Assembly (NCBI GenBank): GCA_002633005.1
Contig: NMRA01000182.1
Span: forward strand, 319,077 to 383,076
Reading direction: 5' to 3'
Origin: Phoronis australis
Lineage: Eukaryota; Animalia; Phoronida
DNA length: 64,000 nt
Part shown: in pieces, positions 27,740 to 42,500 of the stretch
How positions within the stretch are numbered: position 1 is the first letter of the stretch
How the letters are laid out: the number at the start of each line of letters is the position of its first letter
Program-made: the position numbers and the translations under genes
Notes under the pieces: generated by a model
What the model was told of the DNA's origin: nothing
Database searches by the model: none
The model's input: only the letters and a program-made list of their open reading frames with translations

Positions 27740-28875
27740 GATGACATTTTTGTGTCTCCAGCTGATCTCTTAATTCCCTTGAAGGATCTTTGTGAAATTT
27801 GACAACTTAAGTCTCATGAACGTGACAACAAATGAAGATGATTTTCAGACTGAACTGACCTACTGTTCCCCCAAGTGGCAATTTTAGTTTCTTACATTTT
27901 CCTCGGTATATTGGGGAGTTCCTTGTTGGATTTTCATGAAATTTGGCAAACAAGTTGCTGTTAAGTTGACAATGGCGCCTTCTTATTTTCGGGTGGATTG
28001 GATGTTATGTACGCCACCTGGTCGCCATTTTTATACGCCCACATATTTACGCATTATGCTGTTATTCCTGTTTGTCCAGGATCCATTAATTTATCTCCAA
28101 AACCTTTGGATGCATGTTCATGAATTTTTCCAGATATGTTCCTTTCAGGGATGAGACGGCACAAACGAATTTTGTACGGATATGATTACCAGTAGTAGCA
28201 TTTGCATTGTTAATGGATTTTCATGAAATTTTAGGCGATGATACTGTTTTTTGTCATCTGCCCTCTATTTGGCCACCGGTGTGCTACTTAATGGCAATTT
28301 TGTTGCTTGTCGTTTTTCTATATCTTTGGAGTTTCTTGACGAATTTTCATGAAATTTGGCACTTATCTTGTAAAGAGGTGATGGCATTCCCAATTTCCAT
28401 ATGGATTTAACATAGCTTATGTCTCCAGTGGCTGTTTTTATTTTATCTGTCTTTGGTTTTTGACGTTCATCTCTATCTGCAAAATCACCGTAAAATTGGT
28501 ATACGAATATGTTGCTATTGGGAAAAGCGTGGCTAACAATGATTTTTGGACAGTTTGACTATTGTGGCGTCCCCTGTTAGCAGTTTTGATTTTTTTCTCT
28601 TAAACCCCTGGATAATCTTTTTGGAATTTGACTGTGAATATGACAACAGATGACCGCTTGTTTCGGAGTACATGGCTACCACTGTGGCCCCTAGGGATAG
28701 TTTTAATTTTTTATGATCTTGGCAGGTGTGTTTGTTTGAGGAGAGCATTGCTGACTTGCTACACACCTCCTATAGAGGCGATTTTAAGTTTACTTGCATT
28801 GCCACCTTTAGTGGGAATGTTTTAAAAAATAGTAATCATCCCTTTTATGCCATTCACATGGTGGGCTCATTAAAT
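27740..28875 (+). mobile_element. degenerate copy of the HINE-like CTCF-motif family upstream of the PGD coding start
   Basis: Repeated GGATTTTCATGAAATTTGGC blocks; CCCCCAAGTGGCAATTTTAG (~27866); CGCCACCTGGTCGCCA (~28012); 3' CATGGTGGGCTCAT. Boundaries approximate. Confidence 0.6.
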
Positions 28876-29501
28876 TGACAAGAGTTAAATGCAGATGCAA
28901 AAACAAAGGTTAGTGTTGATTTGAAAAACCTTAAACTACAAGGGTGCAGGGTCAGCTGATTTCACTTGCTCCTTGCTGTATGAAAAACTCTCGGTTAGAA
29001 GAATTATGGGTACAGAAGTCTTAATAGTGTATTCTGTAGCTACAAAACATTTGTGAAAGCAAGCTCATTAAAAACTAGCTGCTCAATCAGATAAGTGAAA
29101 TTATGCAAGTGTTTTTCATGTTATAGTCACGGCCTCATCAACATATGACTTGCAAAATGGCAACCACAGAAGTAATTGATTTCTGAGGCTAGTTTGTTGA
29201 ATTATAAGAAAAAAATTCACTGTTTTTCCATGGTTTTCTCACCGCAAGTGCCTCTCATGTGAGTTGAGACTAGGGAAGGCAACCTTGATGAAATCTGCGA
29301 CTTCTGACCATTGTAATGACTGTTCAGCATGTGACCCAATGTGACCAATGGCTACTGACTTTGTGATTAGTAATTATTGGTTAGTGGCTATTGACCATCA
29401 GTGACCTGCAGCGATTGATCATGTGACCAATGGCTGTTGCTTTGCAAAAATCGCCCATTGTTCCATGTTTGTAATTACAGCAGTGGACCTTCTGTTTCAG
29501 A

Positions 29502-32500
29502 ATGCCTGGTGAAGCTGACATAGCGTTGATTGGTCTGGCTGTAATGGGCCAGAACTTGATATTGAACATGAATGATCATGGATTTGTGGTGAGTATGACA
29601 ATCAGTCATCAAAATGTTTTCGTTCGTTGGTCATTCAGAAGTCTAACTGGCATTGACCTGTTTGCGAATAACAGAAAGAAAACCTGCTTAGTAAGCTGAC
29701 TTTTGGTGTTCATTAGATGCTACCTGTTCACTCTCACCTGTGATAAACTTCTTGCAGTTTTAAATGAAGTCATTTCTGCAGATTGTTTATCTGCATCTAC
29801 TAGCAGTGCTGCTTTGATTGGCTGCTGTTTCCACACATCCTCTGTGTATATGATGTCTTATCCTATCTGTAAAAAGGTTACTGGTGACAGCCGTTATTGA
29901 CCTTTCACCTCTGACCTTAGGTGTGTGCTTACAACAGAACTGTTGAGAAGGTCCATGCATTCCTGGCTAACGAGGCAAAGGGGACAAAAGTGATAGGGGC
30001 CAACTCGCTGGAAGAAATGGTGTCTTCACTTAAGAAACCTCGCAGGGTCATGCTTCTGGTGAAGGCTGGCTCAGCTGTCGATGCCTTCATTGACAAACTG
30101 GTGAGGAAAGTATAGGATCATTTCCTAAGCGCTAGAATCATGTACTTGTTTGATTTGCAGGTAAACAAAAGTATTAATCACATGCTGAGTTTGACCTATA
30201 TTAATGTTTATTGGAAAGTTTGTTGAATGGCTTAATTAGCGTTAAAATTTAACACAATTAGATAAAGACATTTAAACCTAAACAATGAATCCTGTCCATT
30301 TTTATGTGCCCACATATTAGATATGTGTATGCATATCGCTGTCATCCCTGCAGGTGTCCACTTGTCTGGCATCCGCTGCTGTATCTCCTAAATCTCTGGA
30401 TGCAGGATCGTCAGGAAAGTTGGTAGCTAACAACATATGGCAATGACTTTTGGGTGTATCCGACTATCATTGCGCTCCCTTGTGGCACTTGTAGTTTTTT
30501 ACATTTGTCTCTCTATCTTCAAAGTTTCCTTGTTGGAATTTTATGAAATTTGGCATATAGTTTTGTATTAGAGAGATGACTCTAATGGCCATTTTTATGA
30601 TACTAATAAACACCATAGAAGCATTCCGTTTGCAGTACACTTGTGGGCACAAATTCAATTCTTTGCATTGCTCTCGTTGTATATGTGGGCTTACTATATT
30701 CTTGTTGAATTCAAATTAATAAAACCCTCAATTTTTTTTTAGAAGGTTGAAAAATACTGTATGGCATTTTGATTTTGTATTTTTCAGGTTCCTCTTTTAG
30801 AGGCTGGTGATATCATCATAGACGGTGGAAATTCAGAATATAAAGATTCAAATGTACGTTACACTCTCGGGCCTCTTTTAATGTCCTGGTGCAATTGGCT
30901 AAAAATCTTATCCTGGTTAGGGCATTGCTTGAAACTGTGAACTTTGTACATATAAGTCAAGAGATTTGCATGAATTAAGCTTATTTGTACGCAGATGTCT
31001 TCCTGACTTGATATCTTAGAGTTTAAGCTTAATAATCTTCAATCATTTCATACGTTTGTGAAAAATTATGCTGTGCTGGACTTCATTGTGTGAGTTGGGT
31101 GCACTCCGTGTAGTCTCAGTACTAAATTAAATTGTGCTGTGCTGGACTTCATTGTGTGAGTTGGGTGCACTCCGTGTAGGCTCAGTACTAAATTAAATTG
31201 TGCTGTGCTGGACTTCATTGTGTGAGTTGGGTGCACTCGGTGTAGTCTCAGTACTAAATTGTGCTGTGCTGGCCTTCATTGTGTGAGTTGGGTGCACTCC
31301 GTGTAGACTCAGTACTAAATTAAATTTGCTCATGAATATGGTGTCAGTGGATGGATCAAAACTTACATCAAGCCTGCTTCACATTCTTCACGCTTCTTTT
31401 ACCCATTCTAGAGGCGCTGCAAAGATTTGAAGAGTAAAGGCATTTTGTTTGTGGGTAGTGGTGTAAGTGGTGGGGAAGATGGTGCTAGGTATGGGCCCTC
31501 GCTGATGCCAGGCGGTGCACCTGAGGCATGGTATGTGTTCTGTGTTTTGATGTTGTAGCCTTCAATAATTATCACTGCTACTTTTTACTTTCTGTAAATT
31601 TGAATTTGTTGGTGAACATCTTGGCAGTGTTACAAAACCATGACTTGAAAGGTTTTATTCCAACATGAAAACTGCTAACAATCCTACTTAGCACAACACA
31701 GCATTGTTTGATTAAGATCAATTACAGATGTGCTGTCACTGTCGTCTTGTTCTTTGAGGTGTTTTCTGAGTTTGAATGGGAATGGCTGTTCATTTATTCT
31801 TCTGTCCTGCTTATTTTACAACAGGCCATTTATCAAAGACATCTTTCAAGGCATTGCAGCGAAAGTCAGTTCAGGAGAGCCGTGTTGTGACTGGGTAAGT
31901 GATTAGTCAGCTTTTGACCTGGTATGACACGCTCCCCCATTCAGAGTTCACAGCATTCTTTGGGGGTTACTGTGATAAGCGTTGGTGTACACAAGTCAAT
32001 TCGTCTCATTGTGTTGCTCAGGAAGATTATGATAAAACATCACCAATTTTGGACAGAAATAATTGCCAAAATTGTTTTTTTTTTTCATTTGAAGGGTTTT
32101 GACATTGTTGCGAATGTGTCGCAACGAGGGGTTTAGTATGTGTAGTGCGCAGTATCTAAAATTGGCAGGAAAGAATGTTGCCACGAACAGGCAGCCGTTG
32201 TCACTCACATCTATCTCTGTTAGACATGGCATGGTCCTCTCTCTTTAGGTTGGCGATGAAGGTGCTGGTCACTTTGTCAAGATGGTGCACAATGGTATCG
32301 AATATGGTGATATGCAGTTGATCTGTGAAGCATATCACTTGATGAAGGACTGTCTTGGCTTGTCCTGTGATGAGATGGGAAAGGTAGGCACTCTTAGCCA
32401 TGAAAGTTAACACCTTGTTTTGAGTAAACACCCACACCTACGTTTTCAATAATTACAAAACGTGTGGACGACAGTGTTCATGTATAGTTTTTATTGTATC

Positions 32501-35500
32501 TTTCAATTTGCACTAGCCGTGCCGTATTGGCTGAAGAAGCCAGTGCGTAATATAACCTAGGTTTATCATGTTTCGATCTACACAGGTGCTTCAAGACTGG
32601 AACAAGGGGGAGCTGGACTCGTTTCTGATTGAGATATCCAGTGACATTATGAAGTTCAAGGATGCCGATGGTCAGCCTCTGGTGGAAAAGATACGTGATG
32701 CTGCGGGCCAGGTGATTTTTCTCTAAGAATCTGTGTAAATCAATCTTTTTGACACATATTTTATTGTTGGCTTGTAGATGTCACAAAGCCATATTTAATA
32801 ATGTCTGCATTAGTGGTAGCATGGTAAACAACCTTGAATAAATTTCAATGTTAGCTATTTTATGTAAATTAAGGCTTTAGGCTACTTTCCTTACTAAGGA
32901 TTATTTTTTTTTCAAATAGTTTTTTTTAAAAACACTTAAAAGTGTTAATAGCAGACCTTTATTTTTGAAATCCTTTGTGATCACAAAATCTTATTGATAA
33001 TATGTGCACAAAAAATGCGTAGATGTTCTTAATCGTGTGACAGCGTTTTCTTTGATTTTTTCAGTAACTTCAATATGATCACATTGCTTTCGTGCACAAA
33101 ATGAAATTGTGTGATTATCAAGGATTTTAATTTACCAAAAATAATCTATTATAGACAGTGAGTTACTATACTACCACTAGGTACGTAGCCTTTCACACAA
33201 TAACCATTACTGTGTGATGTTTATTCCTAATATGTCACTGAGGTCTTTAATCCATTGATTTTCTTGTTTCTTGGCCAATTTCATTTCATTTATTGACAAC
33301 CACTAGCATTTCTGTAATACAAAAAAGTTAGAATAACTTGGCATTTCTTTGTGCTTCAGAAAGGAACGGGGAAATGGACTGCCATATCAGCTTTAGAATA
33401 CGGAATGCCTGTTACTCTAATAGGTGAGGGTAGTTACCAGGCGTGGCCTCTATATGACTAATGAAACTGCCATAACTTGGATCCGACCAGACTACGAGAT
33501 TTTATCTGTGCCATAGGAAATCTCTTATCTGAAGACCCAAGAGCACACATTTGGGCAACAATTCTGTGTAACCATTGCTTGACAAAGCAAGGACCTGTGT
33601 TTTGCTCATCCAACATAGTACATAGTAGAATTTCATTGTATATTTATTTAATCTCAAGCCCAAACTTGACATAAAAAGGTTCCAATGCCCATATTGGTTT
33701 TAGGAGAAATAGTGTCCCATGGACGCCTAAATATTGTCTTCGTGTTTGAATGTTTTCTATAATTATACAATGACGAGTCCTGTTTGTGTTCTTTGCCTAT
33801 TGTCTTTATCCATGTGTTGATGCAGAGGACTTTTTTATTTACAGGGGAGTCAGTATTTGCTCGATGTCTTTCTTCGTTACAATCTGAGAGAATAGAAGCG
33901 AGCAAAAAACTGAAGGGTCCTAGTAATTCCAAGTACACCGGCAACAAAGAGGAATTTGTTGAAGACATACGTCAGGCTTTATATGCCTCTAAAATTATAT
34001 CTTACGCACAAGGGTTCATGTTGATGAGACAGGCTGCACAGGAATTTGGCTGGAAGCTGAATTACGGAGCGATAGCTCTCATGTGGAGAGGCGGGTGTAT
34101 CATTAGAAGGTAAAGTCTTAATTGCTCATAGTGACAATTTGGTATAATTGTGTTGCAGTACTGCTTAGTTACATATATGGAGAGTTTAGCCTGTTCAGTC
34201 AATCACCATATTCTAGTGGGGCCCTCCAAAAAAATTTCACAATTACAATTTGTACTTTGGTGAAAGGGACATTATCTGCTCGAAAAGTGATTTTCGAAGA
34301 TCTGTCTAGGTGCGGAATTGAACCTGTATCCCCTGCAGTTGCAGCGGGGCCGTATTGAAATAGCGTTGGACTACTCAAGACAACTGAATGTCATATCTGT
34401 GACGGTTATGAGATTCGGGCATCTCCGAAGATTTAATGTGGTATGACAAATAGATCTATAGTGGCATTCATTCACCAGGATGAAATGTCATTTACTTGCC
34501 ATGATATGACCATATCGACAAACTGTCAAATATTTGCGTACCTTCCTGATGCAGATAGTGATAATGGGTTTTACCATACACAGGTGATCATACTGCCATG
34601 AAATAAATGTGTTGTTGTCACACCGTGAAATACGTCAGAACTACTTTTCCGTATCTTTCCTTTATAGATCACCATTATCATCTCTTAAGAAAACAACCTT
34701 GGTAAAGACTTAAGCATTATGTATTTAATGGGCTAAATCCATGAGAATTACGGTAGTTGGTTTAACTCATCTTCACACAATTCTGTACTGGGGTTTGTGT
34801 CATCAATAATTGAAAAACACCTTACAAATGACAACAGAATCAAATATATAGCATAAATCATAAACATATCTGTTAAAATTTTAATTTCAACAAACTTTTG
34901 AAAATTAAGGTAAAAACAGTGTTTTAAGTATCCAAACACTTATCCTAAACAGTGTTTTAAGTATCCAAACACTTATCCTAAACAATACGGCGACCTCACT
35001 TGGATACTTATGAATGAGTTGCCATGTTATACATATTGCTTGCCAAACACAGAAATTCTTACCCCCGGGTCCTAACCGTGTTGTATTTTGTCAATATCAG
35101 TAAATAAAATCGTTTAGTTAAAACAGGTATTGTATATGTTATTCCTTATTAATTCGATGAAATTTTATCAAGTAATTCTCTTCTTTAACACCGCATCTTG
35201 TTCTGATTTTCTGCTCAAGATGTGTGTAAGTGCGGGTCTTCATTTAAATCGGCTTGCATATCGCGTATATCACGATGTGATAACCCACAGTTATCATCTC
35301 ATATCTTATATAACATAATTATATTCGTGGACTGGGGGAGAGTTAAAAATTCTCTTCCAATGTCAATCTGACTTGATATGCTCAAGGGATCAGTCTGTAG
35401 TTGTTTAATTACAAGATCACTGATGCCAATTTCCCTTGTTATTTGTCTTTCATTAGATTAGCTTGTTTTTTGTCTCTCATTAGATTAGCTTGTTCTTACC

Positions 35501-37012
35501 TGCTTTGATGTACTGACGTCTGCTCAATTTAAAGCGATTTATGGCTTCTGCTATCTCATTAGTCAGATTCTGAGTAGCGATATCTGATGAGCGGGTGACA
35601 TGCGATTCTATGGCCTAGGTGGTCAACATTACTTTACAACGGAAGTTATCATTCCGCATTTAGCCTCTTAGAAGACGGAAGTACCAGGGGTCGTATAAAT
35701 ACTATGCAATTCAGTTTTAAATGTCTGCCTTGTAAATTTTGAAAAATATTCTTGTAGGATAACAATTAATCACATGCTAAATCCACTATCCACATAATTC
35801 TGTTTATTTAATCTATTGGTAGACAAAATGATATAAAAAGTATGGTTGTATTTTTAGTGTGTTTCTTGGCAATATCAAGGAAGCATTTGAGAAGAATCCC
35901 AACCTGACCAACTTACTGTTAGACGACTTCTTCCAAAAAGCCATTCAGAAGTGTCAGGTTAGTGTAGTGCTGGTTGTTTTTGTATCACTTGAACTGTGAA
36001 GAAAAGTCTTATGTATGCTTGCAGCATCACATCTGAGAAATAACTTGTATTTGTCGGCGTAATTTTATAACATTGATGTTAGATTGTGACCCCACTGATG
36101 AGAGCTTTGCTCCAAGTGCCTTTGTCTTGTTTTGATGACCTCATTGTCACCATTGCATAAAGCTTCATCGTAAGCACTGATATCACAAGCATGAATTGAA
36201 ATTCCACTTAAATTCAACACAGAAGACAACCAATTCAGTCAGAGTGATACATACCTGACTGTTGTGGTAGTGTCCGATGATCAATGAGGTAAGACAGAGA
36301 AATGGAAATGAAATTGAGAACCATATGACAATTACAAAACACTGTATGCAGTTGTCCTTGCATTTCATTTTATGAGACTGCTGGAATATCATGATGATTA
36401 ATGATGCGTTTCTGATTTTCCCAGGATTCCTGGCGTCGAGTGGTGGCCACAAGCGTTACTCTAGGCATTCCAACGCCATGTTTCAGTACAGCCCTGGCAT
36501 TTTATGATGGATACAGGTCTGCAAGGTTGCCAGCGAATCTCATTCAGGTAACACATGACCAGACAGGAGTACTATCTGTTGAAGTTAACGCCTAGGTGTT
36601 GGCGAAAACTTGTTTTTGACCATTTTCGTAACTTTAAGCACCTGCTAGTTGCCCCACCATGTGTTTTCGCACGGGGGCGGAGCTTGCGATAGGTCAATTT
36701 GTGCACTCGCTAAAGTATTTATACACCCGAACATATGTCCATCACTCCCAAGTATTTGCTGGGCATAAATTTGAATTCGACTTTTGGTTCCTAAAAAGAT
36801 ATTTTCCGAATGTACACACTGACCTTGTGTGCAGAAAACTTCAGTAGTGTTATTGAATGCACCAACACTCAATGTCACGCACTATGTTGCAGGCTCAACG
36901 AGATTACTTTGGAGCTCACACATATGAGCTGCTGTCTAAACCTGGGGAGTTTATCCACACCAACTGGACAGGGCATGGGGGCAATGTCTCCTCTACCACG
37001 TATCAAGTCTAA
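29502..37012 (+). CDS. PGD: 6-phosphogluconate dehydrogenase, decarboxylating (484 aa)
   Basis: Exons 29502-29588, 29921-30100, 30788-30853, 31412-31530, 31825-31894, 32249-32383, 32586-32711, 33360-33423, 33845-34109, 35858-35957, 36425-36547, 36893-37012. Motifs [76 protein letters not shown]. Confidence 0.98.
30298..30680 (+). mobile_element. short internally deleted copy of the HINE-like family in PGD intron
   Basis: Starts TTTTATGTGCCCACATATTAGATATGTG (same 5' hairpin as 8431); one GCGCTCCCTTGTGGCAC motif; ends TGTGGGCACAAA...CTCTCGTT. Confidence 0.7.
31069..31326. repeat. 66-bp tandem repeat, 4 copies, in PGD intron
   Basis: CTGTGCTGG.CTTCATTGTGTGAGTTGGGTGCACTC units at 31071, 31137, 31203, 31264. 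Confidence 0.95.
34245..34385 (-). mobile_element. degenerate tRNA-derived SINE fragment
   Basis: Minus strand carries B-box GGTTCAATTCC downstream of a decayed A-box-like segment. Confidence 0.4.
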
Positions 37013-37744
37013 TGAGTCGTAAAATGCATGGAATGGTTATTGGTTGAATATTTCTGAGGTTACGATAAAATCTGGCCAATTTAAGGCTATGGTAGACAAG
37101 TGAATTATTTTATTTTTTCGTAAATGATCAGTAGTGCTAAAGTAATGCTTTACTGTTTTCCAAGATCTTTGCCATTTCCACCATTAAACAAACATTTTGA
37201 AAAATTGCAGGCATTAACAATGCTAGAACTTTTTGAAAAGTGAAGAAAGTATGATTTTGGCAACAATTTTTTCCAAAATTTGTGAGTATTTACCTTATAA
37301 TCATTGCCATCGTTTCCACATTTCATAATTGCATAAATAGGAATAGGAAAGTATATCTGCCTACAGAACTGTGTATGAAGATAACATGTTTTCTGCATAC
37401 AGAGAAATGTAAAAACCAGTAGGTTAGTGTGAAAGGCATGTTGCATTTTTTATAGTCTGTTCCAATATTTACGTGGTGAATGTCACCAATATTGTGTGAA
37501 AGCGCAGATATCTCTTGTTGCTCACCAAAGGGTCGTTGTATGCTTGTAGTAAATCAGCTGTAACTCTGATTAGTGATACAATTTGTTTTTGTGACAGCAA
37601 TTATGCTCAACTGTTAATAGCAGCTGTGGATCCAGTATTTTGTCCAGTAGGGGTCCCACAAAGGACAAACATGGGGAGTCCTCCACTACAGCACTGTAAA
37701 CATGACTTCAGCTGTGGGGTCCAGTGACATTAAACAATGCCATT

Positions 37745-38105
37745 AGTGACTCAACCACATTCCCTAAGTTTTTGATACATTTGTAGACTTTTTTACTCTG
37801 TCAGTGATATTTTTCTGTCACTTCTATCTTTAATGTGAGGTTTTCTCTTATCACATTTTCTAATATCTCTGAAAATTGAACCATTATTTCAATGAAAATT
37901 AAAGGCCTAAGCCCTTGAAGTACGGGAGTTGCAGGGAAAGGTACTTATTTATTTTGAAAAATATTTAAACTTCAGCATATAGTTAACTGTCATGTTGTAT
38001 CAAAATTAAAACTTGACATAGCAATAAACAACATAGCACAAGAAAGGTCAGAGTCATTAAAGTCTACAAATTTGCTGAAAATTTAGGGAACATAGTCAAG
38101 TCCCT
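37745..38105. mobile_element. foldback MITE with long imperfect TIRs
   Basis: TTCCCTAAGTTTTTGATACATTTGTAGACTTT pairs with AAAGTCTACAAATTTGCTGAAAATTTAGGGAA. Confidence 0.6.
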
Positions 38106-39516
38106 ATTAGGACCGTTTCATGCAACCAACCATGGACCCTTGGATCTGTGACTGCGAGGTTGTCTATTCTTGTGCGTGAATTTTTCTTAACAGCCAGATG
38201 TGTCTGGCTGGTTGTGCAGTTTCCTTCACTGGCTACGGTGTAGGTGAACAGTTAGTGATTTCTCTACGATTGTGATTTCAGGCTGAATTTTGAGGTTGTT
38301 AGTCATATTTTTATGGTACTTTGTTATCAGTATTTGAATAATTCAAATAAATGGATAAATATTCAATTAATTCAACAACATGTTTCTTACACATCAAACA
38401 GTGTATTAACATGTGATTTCCAATTTCCACAATCAAGTAGACATCAGAATACCCTCCGTAAGGGGAGAAATCGATAATAATTAACACTTAGAGAAATTTG
38501 ACCTGATTTTGTCAGCACCTATTGAAACTGTATGCCTAAAATAACCAGTGTGTTACAAGACCATAACAGCAGTCACAAGTCTTGAATAAATTAACATTAA
38601 CACAACTTACCAAACTGCATACCTTCATCATAGGTGGCTCAAATAAATAAAATGCGTTATTTAATTAGAATATATTCATGGGAAGTCACGCCTTAGAGTA
38701 ATCTTTCTTTGATTTCAAACAAAAATGGTGGCAAAATTACGTTTTTCCATTTTTCAAAGAAGATTACATTCTTGTTAAAATGTTCAAAATTTAACAAAAA
38801 AATGGTGTTAATGACAAAGTCAAGTTTTCTTTTACTGTTAATTTTCTTGAGAAACTTGACGAAATATCACGTCAGCCATCTTGTACAATAAGTTGAACAG
38901 CGATTTTGTATTTACAACACAGCTCTTGGAGGGTAAAGATTAAAAAGAAACAATAAATTAAGAGGATGAAAAAGTGATGAAAATGAGTTTGTACAGAAAG
39001 TGACATGGTGTTGAAGTGAAGTAGTTACAAGTGGTAATGGGCGATACACTACTGATACCGTTGACCAAAACATGCTGAGGAGAACACTGTCCGTTCTCCA
39101 TCGGTATCAAGAAGAGCACTCCAATTATCTGACACCAGAGGCAAAAATGATCACTGTACAGCAAAGTCTCCTGTCTATAGAAACAACAAGTAGCTTCTAT
39201 TAGCATTTTCTGTGCTTGGACATGTCATTTTCAATCTTAACGTCAGGTCGATTCTACACACCCATGTAATGCTGTGCAACAACCAATATTGGCTTTATCT
39301 CATTAATCTTTACCCACAAACACAAACTTGAAACTGGGTGCACCTTCCCTGACACAGTCCAGCCCAACAAAAATATAGTGAACAATGGCCCTGGTGGAAC
39401 AAAACACCAACTTGAAAAAAGATATTTGTTTAAAGAGTTGAATCTCTGAAGCTTATTAACAGGGACTTTGCACCCGACAAGCACATTAACTAGACCAAAT
39501 ATACACCAACACAGCA

Positions 39517-42500
39517 CTATGTTTGGCGTGGTGGTTCAGATTTTTCCTTATCCAACTTTCTGCCTTTTAACCTCCTGTCTGTAAAATACTGGTAAAAAGG
39601 TATTTTTTTCTTCACATAATCTGCTGTGTTAGAAACATTTGCTTTGGCATTGCTTATCTTTTCATCTCCATAAGACCTCAGTCTCTCTCTCACAGAAGGC
39701 TTTACCCACATTCCTTTTCCATTTTTTTCTGCTTTCAGCTCAGCTTTCAACAGTTGGTTAACAAATTTAGTCTGTAAGTTGTCTTTGACCAGCTTATCGA
39801 GAGGTTTTACAGAGGCGAGTCCACAAGCGACCAAGTGCTCATTTAAATTAACAGAAGCAATGTAATTCTGTAAGAGATCAGAAAGGAAATAGTTACATCT
39901 TGCATAGTATTGAAAATCTAATTAAGCCACAGGTGCTGAGCCTCCAACTCTATAATGATGAGAAATAATCCAAAAGTAAATACATTCAGCCTGCCTTTGG
40001 TGCACTAATGTTATCATACACAATGCTCACATACTCTTTGGGAAATAATGTATCCTCAGTTCTCTGAAGTGTGACAAAACTTGCTAAGGGAGGAATTTGA
40101 AACCAATTCTACAGCATAAATTTGTCCGCTTCAAAAGTTTATCAATATGACAATGAAAATTGCAGAAAATGATCATTTCACACCTTTTACTTTAAATCTG
40201 GGCAAAATGTTAGTCATCGCTGCTTTACAATCGTCACCTCACCTTTCTAAATTTGACAATACAGTCTACAGATGTCTTGTCCTGTATCCCAACTAACTTG
40301 AACCAGACATGTTTATTCTGCACTGTATCCTGAAGGTACTGCACCCCATCATTATGCACGGCCACACCACAGAGGGACACTGGCAGTAGACCTGCAGAAA
40401 ATGAATGTTATTTCCAATGTCCATAATACCAAAGGTACCCATGAGCGTGTATAAAAATGTTTCCAACTTCCCAAAAAGTGCTGCAGTAAATATTTTAGAT
40501 AAGGCCAAAAAGCATAGTTGGTTCTGATCTTTTTTTTGAAAATCAAGTCGTTGATGTGGTACTGTTTTAGCTGCTCACCTTTTCAAAAAAGAAAATTCAC
40601 CTGAGACAAGCAAAAATGATGCAGGATTTTTCTTACTCATTACTTAAGTAAAACACGGCACTTTAAATTCAAGTCATTTACCTTTGCCCACATGCCTTTG
40701 TGCTGCTTTTCGAAATATAACAAAACCTCAGCTGAAATTGATGCAGGCAGGTGTTTCTTTGTTTTCTTCTCAGATAGTTAGTTGGGGTAAAGACAAGAAT
40801 CAACTTTGCTTTTTTGGCCTATCAGAAACATCTAGACTTTTTTGGGTATGTTGCCACATTAAAGGACTCCCCGCTTTAGAAAAATTAGACATTTCCCGAC
40901 AGTCCCCAATAGTTGCCAACCTTTTACGACTGTATGCTATTACAATTTGTGAACTGATACAGTATGACCACTAACACAGAAACATTGACAATCCCTGGTA
41001 AATGTAATGCATAAGCATGTTGGTCTGGTATATGCCAAGCAACACTTTTCAGCCAAAATCTTAAGTACACCAGAACCAGGTTTTCTCCTCCTAAGTTTAA
41101 AGGGTCCACTTTAAGTTATGCAAAATCTGTCTGAGTCATAGTGTTGTTCCTCCTTCTTTTACACAAAGTAAACAGTGCTGACCCTCTATGAAGCTGAACC
41201 TACCAATTTTATGGTGAAAAAAACAGCCAGGTTACTCGTATCACAAGAAAACTTGGCACTGCATTCAGGCAATTTTGGTTAATCATAACTGATCATATCA
41301 AGAACCATTTCTATGATATTATGATATTAATGACTGACGAGAATTCATAATAATGGTTAACATGATTTATCATGCAACATTTACCACTTATACAATTTCT
41401 TATCACTGAATAATGATGAATGATCAAATGAGGTTTTCTATGAATAATACTAAATGAGGATCAAACTGATGACACTTATCATCAGAATGATTTAAATTCG
41501 TGTCAACCAAAATGAGAGTGTACATGCATTGTGTTGAGCACCCATTATTACCTTCATTTTTATAAAACCATTTAATAGACAGGACAGGTATGTGATCAAC
41601 ATGAAGGACACCAGATGGCTCCACTTGTCTGACTATTCCTTGCAGTCTCGTGTGTTTCTTTATGAACTGTGGAGGTATGTCAGCAAGTGAACACAGCTTC
41701 TTAGACTGAAACAACATGGAACTGTCATCAGTGATCTAAATTAGAAATTATAGTATACAAAAGATTAACTACTAAAATACTCATTTGATACCAGCATGAT
41801 TGCCTTTTGTCAATGATTCAATCTCACGACTGCAGACACCAGCTAACATGTCGTGAACACATCCACTAAAACAAGAAACTGTAGGAACACCGCATTTATC
41901 CACCTTCACTCTTATCAGGCTTCTATTGTGAGTCAGCATGCGTGAATAATTGGCTGATAAGCCACCTCTGGAACTACTTTTGGCTGAATGGATGACCAGG
42001 CCATAAAATGATAATNGACACTGGCAGTAGACCTGCAGAAAATGAATGTTATTTCCAATGTCCATAATACCAAAGGTACCCATGAGCGTGTATAAAAATG
42101 TTTCCAACTTCCCAAAAAGTGCTGCAGTAAATATTTTAGATAAGGCCAAAAAGCATAGTTGGTTCTGATCTTTTTTTTTTGAAAATCAAGTCGTTGATGA
42201 GGTACTGTTTTAGCTGCTCACCTTTTCAAAAAAGAAAATCCACCTGAGACAAGCAAAAATGATGCAGGATTTTTCTTAATCATTACTTAAGTAAAACACA
42301 GCACTTTAAATTCAAGTCATTTACCTTTGCCCACATGCCTTTGTGCTGCTTTTCGAAATATAACAAGACCTCAGCTGAAATTGATGCAGGAAGGCGTTTC
42401 TTTGTTTTCTTCTCAGATAGTTAGTTGGGGTAAAGACAAGAATCAACTTTGCTTTTTTGGCCTATCAGAAACATCTAGACTTTTCTGGGTATGTTGCCAC

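Noticed and set aside
34389-35720. Solo LTR or nested element in the long PGD intron
   Set aside because: TATAAATA and a 33-bp doublet (34914-34983) are present, but no convincing TG...CA ends with TSD.
41552-41705. Mutually exclusive duplicated exon in C3orf33
   Set aside because: Identical peptide, flanking introns equally similar, and the duplication boundary is a single N: better explained as a haplotig.
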